A stretch of DNA of 64,000 bases from Azolla caroliniana (lineage: Eukaryota > Plantae > Polypodiophyta), in the NCBI GenBank assembly GCA_043228905.1, contig JBHGNT010000010.1:12648001-12712000 (forward strand). The letters run 5' to 3'. The notes below the pieces were generated by a model. That model worked only from the letters and a program-made list of their open reading frames with translations. It had not been told where the DNA came from and searched no databases. Positions 1 to 13,400 of the stretch are shown here, in pieces; position 1 is the first letter of the stretch, and every line of letters begins with the position of its first letter. A program made the position numbers and the translations under genes.

Positions 1-266
1 ACTAATTCATTAACAAAGGACTAGAATGATACATTATAATCTAGTTGCCTCGGATCCTTACTTTTTACCTGGGACACCCGACTACAAGTAGATATATCAT
101 ATATCACGAGTTAATGTGGCATCGATAAAAACCCTTGAAATTATCAAATCCTTAAAACGATAGTGTGTTAGAATAACCCTCAGTTTGTCATTGATACTTG
201 CGCAATATATAAATATTATTTGTTTCTAATCAATGAGTGCAATATAAAAAACCACACAAGATGTGA

Positions 267-339
267 TCCATTGTAGTCTAGTTGGTTAGGATACTTAGCT
301 TTCACCCGAGAGACCCGGGTTTAACTCCCGGCAATGGAA
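267..339 (+). pseudogene. tRNA-Glu(TTC) pseudogene (representative of the many decayed copies)
   Basis: Anticodon stem CTTAG/CCGAG mispaired; T-loop TTTAACT destroys the TTC of the B-box. The same variant is at 50306. Confidence 0.8.
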
Positions 340-1385
340 ACGACAATATCATATATAAAATTTTCGACGTATATCATATGTTAATTGTTTGATAACTCAA
401 ATAGTTAAGCTCTAAAGTAGTTGTTAGAATAATGTACAATTAACAAAATAATCAACATTATGTTTGAAGGATTGATGACGAACCTTGCATTGATTTGTTT
501 CTCCTAACATCAATTTCTAAACTTAATCTCATTATTCAATTAATAGTATAGGTTTCAAATGAGATTTGACAAAACATTATGTTGTTCGCGACAACAGGAA
601 GCAGTATATTTAGTCGTGGTTATTCCTCAACATTGTTACGATAAATTAGTACACCAAGAATTATAATTTGGATAACTTGATACAATTTCTAAAAGTACAC
701 ATAGATTGTCGAATAATGGTGAATTCATGAGCATTGCAGCATGTTTCTTTATTTGATCGAAAGCACATGAATATTACATTAACTAATTCATTTACTAAAT
801 GAATTCCATTCTACTCTAGTTCGTTTGAACAATAACCATTGGAAAAACTAGATACATCATAGATCATGAGGTAATGTCGCATCGATAACAACCCTTCAAA
901 TTATTAAATCTTAAAAATGAGAGTGTGTTAGAATAATACTAAGTCTCTCGTTGATGCTTTCCCAATATATAAATATTACATATTACTAATCTACGATTGC
1001 AATATATCTATACACAAGATAGGATCCATTGAAGTTTGGTTGGTTAGATTACTCGGCTCTCACCCGAGAGACTCGGGTTCAACTCCCGGCAATGAAAACG
1101 ACAATATCATATACTAAATTTCCCACGCATATCTTGTGTTAATTATTTGATAACTAAAAAACTCAAGACCTAAAAAGTCAAATTAACAAAATAATCAATA
1201 TTATGTTTGAAGGATTGATAACAGACTTTCGTTTGGTTTTATAGTTTGGATAACTTGATAGAATTTCCAAACATACGCATAGATTGTAGAGTAATGTTGA
1301 ACTCTCGATCAACATTGCACCATAGTTCTTTATTTGAAGAAAAGCACTAGAATATTAAATTAACTAATTCATTTACTAAATGAAT

Positions 1386-1458
1386 TCTATTGTAGTCTAG
1401 TTGGTTCGGATCCTTGTTTTTTACACGAGACTCCCGGGTACAACAATAGGCATTGGAA
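1386..1458 (+). pseudogene. Second, older tRNA-Glu relic of the monomer (representative; also 11404, 34061 and many others)
   Basis: Aligns gap-free to the 73-nt consensus at 56/73 by manual count. The 5' 21 nt are nearly identical, the anticodon loop is replaced by T6, and the B-box is lost (GGTACAACAA). It sits 255 bp upstream of the main copy. Confidence 0.85.
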
Positions 1459-4400
1459 AAAATAGAGACATCATGGATCATGCGGTAATGTCGCATCGAT
1501 AAAAACCCTTGAAATTATTTAATCTTAAAAACCAGAGTGTGTTAGAATAATCCTCAGTTTCCCATTGATGCTTGCGCAATATATAAATATTATTTATTAC
1601 TAATCTATGATTGCAATATGAAGAAGTACACAAGATAGGATCCATTGTAGTCTAGTTGGTTAGGATACTTGGCTTTCACCGGAGAGACCCGGGTTCAACT
1701 CCCGGCAATGGAAATGATCATATCATATATTACATTTCTGACTCATAGCATGTCTTAACGCTTTGATAAGTCAAAAACTCAGGACCTAAAGTAGATGTTG
1801 GAATAATGTACAATTAACAAAATAATCAATATTATGTTTGAACGATTGATGACGAACTTTGCTTGAATTTTTTCTCCTAACATCAATTTCTAAGCTTAAT
1901 CCCAATATTCAATTAATAGTAGAGGTTCGAAATGAAATTTGACAACAATTATAGTTTAGATAAGTTGATACAATTTCAAACAATATGCATAGATGGTAGA
2001 ATAATGTTCAATTGTCGACAAGCATTGCACTATTTTTCTTTATTTGGAGCATGGCACTAGAATAGTACATTAACCAACTCATTTACTAAATGAATTCCAA
2101 TATAATCGAGATGCCTGGAATCGTTGATTTTTACCCAAGACACATGTGTACAAGTACAGGTATAGGAGAATCTAGATACATGCTCATGAGTTAATTTGAC
2201 ATAGATAAAAACCGGTGAACTTATTAAATCTTAAAAATGAGACTGTGTTAGAATAATCCTCTGTTTCTTGTTTATGCTTGCACAATATATAAATATTATT
2301 TATTACTAATCAATGATTGCAATATTAAAAAGTGTTTAAGATGTGATCCATTGAAGTCTAGTTGGTTAGATTACTCGGCTCTCACCCGAGAGACTCGGGT
2401 TCAACTCCCGGCAATGAAAATGACAATATCATATATTAAATTTCCGATGGATATCTTGTGTTAACTGTTTGATAACTCAAAAACGCAAGACCTAAAGTAG
2501 ATGTTACAATAATGTACAATTAACAAAATAATCAATATTCTCTTTGAAGGATTGATTTAGAATTTTGCTTTCATTTTTTTCTCCTAACATCAATTTCTAA
2601 ACCTAATCCCATTATTCAATTAATAGTAGAGGTTTCAAATGAAATTTGACAAAATATTATGTTGTTCGGGACAAGAAGAAGCAATATATTTAGTCGTGCT
2701 TATTTCTCAACATGGTTACGACAAATTAGTACACCGACAATTATAGTTTGGATAACTTGATAGAATTTCCAAAAATACGCATAGATTGTAGAGTAATGGT
2801 GAACTCTCAATCAACATTGCACCATATTTCTTTATTTGAAGCAAAGCACATGAATATTACATTAACTAATTCACTTACTAAATGAATTCCATTGTAGTCT
2901 AGTTGGTTCGGATCCTTGTTTTAGTACGCATAAAGTCCATGTTGCAATAATGTACAATTAACAAAATAATCAATATTATGTTTGAACGATTCATGACGAA
3001 CTTTGCTTCAATTTTTTCTCCTAACATCAATTTCTAAACTTAATCCCAATATTCAATTAATAGTAGAGGTTTCAAATGAAATTTGACAACAATTATAGTT
3101 TAGATAACTTGATACAATTTCAAACAATATGCATAGATGGTAGAATCATGTTCAACTGTCGACAAGCATTGCACCATTGTTCTTTATTTCGAGCATGGCA
3201 CTAGAATAGTACATTAACCAACTCATTTACTAAATGAATTCCAATATAATCGAGATGCCTGGAATCGTTGATTTTTATCCAAGACACGTGGGTACAAATA
3301 CAGGTATAGGAAAGATTAGATGCATGCTCATGAGGTAATGTCGCATAGATAAAAACCGGTGAACTTAATAAATCTTAAAAACGAGAGTGTGTTAGAATAA
3401 TCCTTTGTTTCTTGTTTATGCTTGCGCAATATATAAATATTATTTATGACTAATCAATGATTACAATATAAAAAAGTGTACAAGATGTGATCCATTGAAG
3501 TCTAGTTGGTTAGATTACTCGGCTCTTACCCGAGAGACTCGGGTTCAACTCCCGGCAATGAAAATGACAATATCATATATTAAATTTCCGATGGATATCT
3601 TGTGTTAACTGTTTGATAACTCAAAAACTCAAGACCTAAAGTAGATGTTACAATAATGTACAATTAACAAAATAATCAATATTCTCTTTGAAGGATTGAT
3701 TTAGAATTTTGCTTTCATTTTTTTCTCCTAACATCAAGAAGCAATATATCTAGTCGTGCTTATTTCTCAACATGGTTACGACAAATTATAGTTTGGATAA
3801 CTTGATAGAATTTCCAAAAATACGCATAGATTGTAGAGTAATGGTGAACTCTCGATCAACATTGCACCATATTTCTTTATTTGAAGCAAAGCACATGAAT
3901 ATTACATTAACTAATTCACTTACTAAATGAATTCCTTTGTAGTCTAGTTGGTTCGGATCCTTGTTTTTTTACGCATAGATTGAAGAATAATGGTCAACTG
4001 TCGAGAGACCCGGGTTCAACTCCCACCAATAGAAAAGACAATATAATATATCATATTTTGCTACGCATGTCATGTGTTAAGTGTTCGATAACTGAAAAAC
4101 TGAAGACCTAAAGTAGTTGTTACAATAATGTACAATTAACAAAATAATCCTAACATTAATTTCTCCTAACATTAATTTCTAAACTTAATCCCATTATTCA
4201 ATTGATAGTAGAGGTTTCAAATGAAATTTGACAAAACATTATGTTGTTCGGGACAAGAAGTAGTATATTTAGTCGTGGTTATTCCTCAACATTGTTACGA
4301 TAAATTAGTACACCAACAATTATAGTTTGGATAACTCCATACAATTTGAAACAATACCTATAGATTGCAGAATATTGGTGAACTGTCGATGAGCATTGCA

Positions 4401-7400
4401 TCATGTTTCTCTATTTGTAACATAGGACTAGAATGGTACATTAACTAATTCATTTACCAAATGAATTCCATTGAAATCCAGTTGCGTCGTATCCTGGCTT
4501 TTTACCTGAGACGCATGGGTACAAGTAGATATATCATATATCATGAGGTAATGTGGCATCGAGAGAAACCCTTGAAATTATTAAATAAAAAATCGAGAGT
4601 GTGATAGAATAATCCTCAGTTTCTCGTTGATGCTTGCGCAATATATAAATATTATTTATTACTAAGCAATGGTTACAATATTAGAAAGTGCACAAGATGT
4701 GCTCCATGGTAGTCTAGTTGGTTAGGATACTGGGCTCTCACCCGAGACACCCGGGTTCAATTCCCGGCAATGGAAACGATATTATCATATATTTAAAGTC
4801 TGACACATACAATGTGTTAACTGTTTGATTACTGGAAAACTCAAAAGCTAAAGTAGGTGTTACAATAGTGTACGATTAACTAAATAATCAATATTATGCT
4901 AGACGGATTGATGACGAAATTTACTTTGATTTCTTTCTCCTAATATTAATTTCTAAACTTAATCCCATTATTCGATTAATAGTAGAGGTTTCGAATGAAC
5001 TTGGATGAAACATTATGTTGTTCGGGTCAACAACAAGAAGTATATTTAGTTGTGGTTATTCCGCAACATTGTTATGATATATTAGTACACCAACAAGTAT
5101 AGTTTGGATAACTCGATACAATTTCAAACAATACGCACAGATTGCCGAATAATGGTTAACTGTCAATGAGCATTGCACCATGTTTCTTTTTTTGTAACAA
5201 AGGACTAGAATGGTACATTAACTAATTCATTTATTAAATGAATTCCATTATAATCAAGTTGCCTCGGATGCTTGCTTATAACCCGAGACGCACGACTACA
5301 AGTACATATATCATATATTTTTAGTTAATATGGCATCGATAAAAACCCTTGAAATTATTAAATCTTAAACCGAGAGTGTGTTAGAATAATCCTCAGTTTT
5401 TCGTTCATGCTTGCGAAAAATTTATATATATATATTCTAATCAATGATTGCAATAATAAAAAGAAGAGAAGATGTAATTCATTGTAGTCTAGCTGGTTAG
5501 AATACTCCGCTCCCACCGAAGAGAACCGGGTTCAACTCCCGTCAATGGATACATCAGAGCTCATGAGTTAATTTGGCATATATATAAAAACGCGTGAAAT
5601 TATTAAATCTTAAAAAGGAGACTATGTTAGAATAATCCTGTGTTTCTCGTAGATGCTTGCGCAATATATAAATATTATTTATTTTTTTCTTTTAACATCA
5701 ATTTCTAAACTTAATCCCATTATTCAATTAATGGTAGATGTTTCAAATGAAATTTGTCAAAACATTATGTTGTTCGAGATAACAAGAAGCAGTATATTTA
5801 GTTCTGGTTATTCTACAACTTTGTTACGACAAATTATTACACCAACAATTATAGTTTGGAGTTTCAAACAATACGCATAGATTGCAGAATAATGGTCAAC
5901 TGTCAAAGAGTATGCACCATGTTTCTTTATTTCTAACAAAGGACTAAAATGGTACATTAACTAATTCATTTACTAAATGAATAGCATTGTAATGAAGTTG
6001 CCTTGGATCCTAGCTTTTTAACCGAGACGCCCGGGTAGAAGTAGATATATCCTATATCATGAGTTAATATGGCATCGATGGAAACCCTTGAAATTATTAA
6101 ATCTTAATAACGAGAGTGTGTTAGAATAATCCTCTGTTTGTCGTTGATGCTTGCACAATATATAAATATTATTTATTACTAATCAATGATTGCAATATTG
6201 AAAAGTACACAAGATATGATCCATTGTAGTCTAGTTGGTTTGGATACTAGGCTCTCACCCGAGAGACCCGGGTTCAACTCCCGACAATAGAAACGACAAT
6301 ATCATATATTAAATTTCCGATGCATATCATGTTTTAATTGTTTGATAACTCAAAAACTCAAGATTATGTTTCAAGGATTGATAACGAACTTTCCTCGATC
6401 AACATTGCAAAAATACGCATAGATTGTAGAATAATGGTGAACTCTCGATCAACATTGCAACATATTTATTTATTTGAAGCAAATCACTAGAATATTACAT
6501 TAACTAATTCATTTACTAAAGTAATTTCATTGTAGTCTACTTGGTTCAGATCCTTGTTTTTTACACGAGACTCCCAGGGACAACAATAGGCATTGGAAAA
6601 ACTAGATACATCATAGATCATGAGGGAATTTCGCATCGACAAAAACCCTTGAAATTATTTAATTTTAAAAATGAGAGTGTGTTAGAATAATCCTGAGTTT
6701 CTCGTTGATGCTTGCGCAATATATAAATTTTATTTATTACAAATCTATAATTGCAATATTAAAAAGTACACAAGATATAATCCATTGTAGTCTAGTTGCA
6801 ATATTAAAAAGTAAACCCGATAGACCTGAGTTCAACTCCCTGCAATGGAAACGACAATATCATATATTAAATTTCCGTCGGATATCATGTGTTAACTGTT
6901 TGATAACTCAAAAACTAGCTGTTACAATAATGTAGAATTAACAAAATCATCAATATTATGTTTGAAGGATTGATGACGAACATTACTTTTTTTATTAGTA
7001 CATTGACTAATTTATTTTTTAAATGAGTTCCATTGTAATCCAGTTGCCTCGAATCGTTAATTTCTACTCGAAACGTGCGGGGACAAGTACAAGCATACGA
7101 AAAACTAAATACATTATATATCATGAGTTAATGTGGCATCAATAAAAACCCGTGAAATTAATAAATGTTAAAAACGAGAGTGTGTTAGAATAATCCTCTG
7201 TTTCTTGTTGATGCCTGTGCAATATATAAATATTATTTACTGCTAATGAATGATTGCAATATTAAAAAGTGTACAAGATGTGATCCATTAAAGTCTAGTT
7301 GGTTAGAATACTAGCCTCTCACCCAAGAGACCCGTGTTCAACTCCTGGGAATAGAAAGGACAATATCATATATAAAAGTTTGCGACGCATGTAATGTGTT

Positions 7401-10400
7401 TGATAACTCAAAAACTCAAGACGTAGAGTAGTTACAATAATGTACAATTAACAAAATAATCAATATTATGTTTGAAGGATTGATAAAGAACTTTGGTTTG
7501 ATTTTTTTCTCCTCACATCAATTTCAAAACTTCATCCCAATATTCAGTTAATAGTAAAGGTTTTTAATGAAATTTTACAAAACATTATGTTGTTCGGGAC
7601 AACAAGAAGCAGTATATTTATTTGTGGTTATTCCTCAACATTGTTTCGACAAATTAGTACACCAAGAATTATAGTTTGGATCCTTGTTTTTTACACGAGA
7701 CTCCCGGGTACAACAATTGACATCGATAAAAACCCTTAAAATTATTAAATCTTAAAAACGAGAGTGTGTTAGAATAATCCTTAGTTTCTAGTTTCTCCTT
7801 GCGCATTATATAAATATTATTTATTACTAATCAATCATTGCAATATTAAAAAGTACAAAAGATATGATCCATTGTAGTCTAGTCGGTTAGGATACTCAGC
7901 TCTCACCCGAGAGACCTAGGTTCAACTCCCCCGACAATCAAAACGACAACATCATATATTAAATTTCCAACGCAGATCTTGTGTTAACTAGATACGTCAT
8001 AGATGATGAGGTAATGTCGCATCGATAAAAAAAGAGAGTGTGTTAGAATAATCCTAAGTTTCTCATTGATGCTTGGGCAATATATAAATATTATTTGTTA
8101 CTAATCAATAATTGCAATATTAAAAAGTACACAAGATGTTATCCATTATAGTCTAGTTGGTTAGGATTCTCGACTCTCAACCAGGAGACCCGGGTTCAAC
8201 TCCCGGCAATGGAAACGACAATATCATATATTAAATTTTCGACGAATATCATGTGTTAACTGTTTGATTACCCAAAAACTCAAGACCTAAAGTAGGTGTT
8301 ACAATAATGTACAATTAACAAAATAATCAATATTATGTTTGAAGGATTGCTGACAAAGTTTGCTTTAATTTTTCCTCCTAACATCAATTTCTAAACTTAA
8401 TCCCATTATTCAATTAATAGTAGAGGTTTCAAATGAAATTTGACAAAATATTATGTTGTTTGGGTCAAGAAGAAGCAATATATTTAGTCGTGCTTATTTC
8501 TCAACATGGTTACAACAAATTAGTACACCAATAATTACAGTTTCATAACTTGATACATTTTCAAACAATACGCATAGATTGCAAAATAATGGTCAACTGT
8601 TGACGAGCATTGCACCATGTGTCTTTATTTGTAGCAAAGCACTAGAATAGTACATTAACTAATTCATTTACTCAGTGAATTCAATTGTAATCAACCTTCC
8701 TCGAATCATTGATTTTTACCCGAGATGGCGGGTACAGAAACAGGCATAGGAAAAACTAGGTACATCATTGATTATGAGTTAATTTGGCAACGATAAAAAC
8801 CCGTGAAATTATTAAATCTTAAAAACGAGAGTGTGTTAGAGTAATCCTCTGTTTCTCGTTGATGCTTGCGCAATATAGAAATAATATTTATTACTAATCA
8901 ATGATTACAATATTAAAAAGTGCACAAGATGTGATCCAGTGTAGTCTAGTTGGTTAGGATACTCAGCTGTCACCCGAGAGACTCGGGTTTAATTCCCGGA
9001 AATGCAAACAACAATATGATATATTAAACTTCCGACGCATATCATGTGTTAATTGTTTGATAACTCAAAAACACAAGACCTAAAGTAGGCATTACAATAA
9101 TGTACAATTAACAAAATAATCAATATTATGTTTGAAGGTCTGAGAAAGAACATCAATATTATGATTTTTCTCTCCTAACATCAATTATTCGATTAATGGT
9201 AGAGATTTTAATTGAAATTGGACGAAACATTATGTCGTTCGGGACAACAAGAAGTAGTATATTTGGGTGTGGTTATTCGTCAACATTGTTATGACAAATT
9301 AGCACACCAACAATTACAGTTTGGACAACTAGATACAATTTCAAACAATACGCATCGGTTGTAGAATAATGGTCAACTATCGATGACTATTGCACCATGT
9401 TTCTTTATTTGTAACAAACCACTAGAAATGTAAATTAACTAATTCATTTACAAAATAAATTCCATTTTTATCAAGTTGCCTCGGATCCTTGCTTTTTACA
9501 TGCGACGCCCGGGTACAAGTAGATATACCATATATCATGAGTATATGTGGCATCGAAAAAAACTCTTGAAATTATGAAATCCTAAAATCGAGAGTGTGTT
9601 AAAATAATCTTCAGTTTTTCGTTGATACTTGCGCAATATATAAATATTATTTATTTCTAATCAATGATAGCAAGATTAAAAAGCACAAAATATGTGATCC
9701 ACGATAGTCTCATTGGTTAGGATACTCGGCTCTCACCGGAGAGACCCGGGTTCAACTCTCGCCATTGATGGAAACAACAATATCATATATGAAATTTCCT
9801 ATGCATATCAGGTGTTATTTGTCTGATAACTCAGAAACTCAAGTCCTAAAGTAGGTGTTACAATAATGTACAATTAACAGAATAATGAATATTATGTTTA
9901 AACGATTGATGATGAACTTTTCTTTGATTTTCTTCTCCTAACATCAATTTTTAAACATGATTCCATTATTCGATTAATGGTAGAGGTTTCGAATGAAATT
10001 GGAGAAAATATTATGTGGTTCGGGACAATAAGAAGAAGTATATTTAGTTGTGGTTATTCCTCAACATTGTTACGATAAATTAGTACACCAACAATTATAG
10101 TTTAGATAACTTGATTCAATTTCAAACAATACGCATAGATTGCAGAATAATGTTGAACTGTCAACAAGCATTGTACCATTTCTGTTTATTTGTGTAGTCT
10201 AGTTGGTCAGGATACTCGGCTCTCAATTCCCGTCTATGGAAACGACAATCTCATATATTAAACTTCCGACGCATATCATGTGTTAACTGTTTGATAACTC
10301 ATAAACTTAAGACCTAAAGTAGGTGTTACAATAATGTACAATTAACAAAATAATCAATATTATGTTTGAAGGACTGATAAAGAACTGAACTTTGATTTTT

Positions 10401-13400
10401 TTCTCCTAACATCAATTTGTAAACTTAATCCCATTATTCGATTAATGGTAGAGGTTTTAATTGAAATTGGACAAAACATTATGTTGTTCGGGACAACATG
10501 AAGCAGTATATTTGGTTGTGGTTATTCGTCAACATTGTTACGGCAAATTACGCATAGATTGTAGAATAATTATGAACTCTCGATCAACATGGCACTATAT
10601 TTTTTTATTTGAAGCAAAGCACTAGAATATTACACATTAACTAATTCGTTTACTGAATGAATTCCATTATAGTCTAGTTGCCATTAGAAAAACTAGACAC
10701 ATCCGAGATCATGAGGTAATGTTGAATTGATAAAAACCCTTAAAATTATTAAATCTTAAAAACAAGAGTGTGTTAGAATAATCCTCACTTTCTCGTTGTT
10801 GCTTGCGCAATATATAAATATTATTTATTACTAATCAATGATTGCAATATTAAAAAGTACACAAGATGTGATCCATTGTAGTCTAGGTGGTTAGGATACT
10901 CGGCTCTCATCCGAGAGACACGGGTTCAACTCCCAGCAATGGAAACGACGATATCATATATTAAATTTCCGACGCATATCATGTTTTAACTGTTTGAGAA
11001 CTCAAGACCTCAAGTAGGTTTTACAAGAATGTACAATTAATAGAATAATCAATATTATGTTTGAAGGATTGATAACAAAATTTGCTTTGATTTTTTTCTT
11101 CTAACATCAATTTCTAAACTTAATCCCATTTTTCAATTAATAGTAAAGGTTTCATATGAATTCAACTAATCATTATGTTGTTCAGGACAGGAAGAAGTAC
11201 TATATTCAGTCGTGGTTATTCCTCAACATTGTTACGACAAATTAGTAGACCGAAAATTATAGTTTGGATAACTTGATACTATTTCCAAATATACGCATAG
11301 ATTGTCGAATAATGGTGAATTCTTGATGAGCATTGCACCATGTTTGTTTATTTGAACGAAAGCACTTGAATATTACATTAACCAATTCATTTACTAAATG
11401 AATTCCATTGTAGTCTAGTTCATTCAGATCCTTGTTTTTTACACAAGACTACCGGGTACAACAATAGGCATTGGAAAAACTAGATACATCATAGATGATA
11501 AGGTAATGTCACATCGATAAAAACCGTTGAAATTATAAAATCTTAAAAAACAGAGGGTGTTAGAATAATCCTCAGTTTCTCATTGATACTTGGGCAATAT
11601 ATAAATATTATTTATTACTAATCAATAATTGCAATATTAAAAAGTACACAAGATGTGATCCATTGTAGTCTAGTTGGTTAGGATTCTCGGCTCTCACCCG
11701 AGAGACCCGGATTCAACTGCCGGCAATGGAAACGACAATATCATATATTAAATTTCCGACGGATATCATGTTTTAACTGTTTGATAACTCGAAAACTCAA
11801 GACCTAAAGTAGGTGTTACAATAATGTACAATTAACAAAATAATCAATATTATGTTTGAAGGATTGATGACTAACATAACATTAATTTTTTTCTCCTAAC
11901 ATCAATTTCTGAACTTAATCCCATTATTCGATTAATGGTAGAGGTTTTAATTAAAATTGGACAAAACATTATGTCGTTCGGGAAAACAAGAAGTAGTATA
12001 TTTGGTTGTGGTTATTCGTCAACATTGTTACGGCAAATTAGTACACCAACAATTTTAGTTTGGATAACTTGATACAATTTCAAACAATACGCATCGATTG
12101 TCGAATAATGGTCAACTATCGATGACTATTGCACCATGTTTCTTTATTAGTAACAAAGCATTAGAATTGTAAATTAACTAATTCATTTACTAAATGAATT
12201 CCCGTGTTATCAACTTGCCTCGGATCCTTGCTTTTTACATGGGACGCCCAGGTACAAGTAGATATAGCATATATCATGAGTAAATGTGGCATCGATAAAA
12301 ACCCTTGAAATTATTAAATCATAAAAATGAGAGTGTGGTATAATAATCATCAGTTTCTCATTGATGCTTGCGCAAAATATAAATATTATCTATTACTAAT
12401 TAATGATTGCAATATTAAAAAGTGCACAAGATGTGATCCATTGTAGTTTAGTTGGTTAGGATACTCGGCTCTCACCCGAGAGACCCAGGTTCAACTCCTG
12501 GCAATGGCAACGACAATATCATATATTAAATTTTCGACGTAAATCATGTGTTAACTGTTTGATAACTCAAGACCTAAAGTAGGTGTTACGATAAAATTTC
12601 AAACAATATGTTGTTCGGGACAACAAGACGCAGTATGTTTAGTTGTGGTTATTCCTCAACATTCTTACGATAAATTAGTACACCAACAATTATAGTTTGG
12701 ATAACTTGATATAATTTCAAACAATAGGCATAGATTGTAGAATAATGGTTAACTGTCGACAAGCATTGCACTATATTTCTTTATTTGTAGCAAAGCACTA
12801 GAATAGTACATTAACTAATTTATTTACTAAATGAATTCCGTTGTAATCAAGTTGCCTCGAATTGTTGATTCTTACTCGAAACGCGCGGGTAAAAGTACAG
12901 GCATAGGAAAACCTAGATACATTATATATCATGAGTTAATGTTGCATCAATAAAAAGCCGTAAAATTATTAAATCTTAAAATCGAGAGTGTGTTAGAATA
13001 ATCCTCTGTTTCTTGTTGATGCTTGCGCAATATATAAATATTATTTATTACTAATCAGTGGTTACAATATTAAAAAGTGTACAAGATGTGATCCATTGAA
13101 GTCTAGTTGGTTAGAATACTCGGCTCTCACCCGAGAGACCCGAGTTCAACTCCCGGGAATAGAAAGGACAATATCATATATAAAATTTTGTGACGCATGT
13201 CATGTGTTAACTGTTTGATAACTCAAAAACTCAAGACGTAAAGTAGTTACAATAATGTACAATTAACAAAATTATCAATATTATGTTTGAAGGATTGAGA
13301 AAGAACTTTACATTCAGGTTTTTCTCCTAACATCAATTTCTAAACTTAATCCCATTATTCAATTAATAGTAGAGGTTTCAAATGAAATATGACAAAACAT

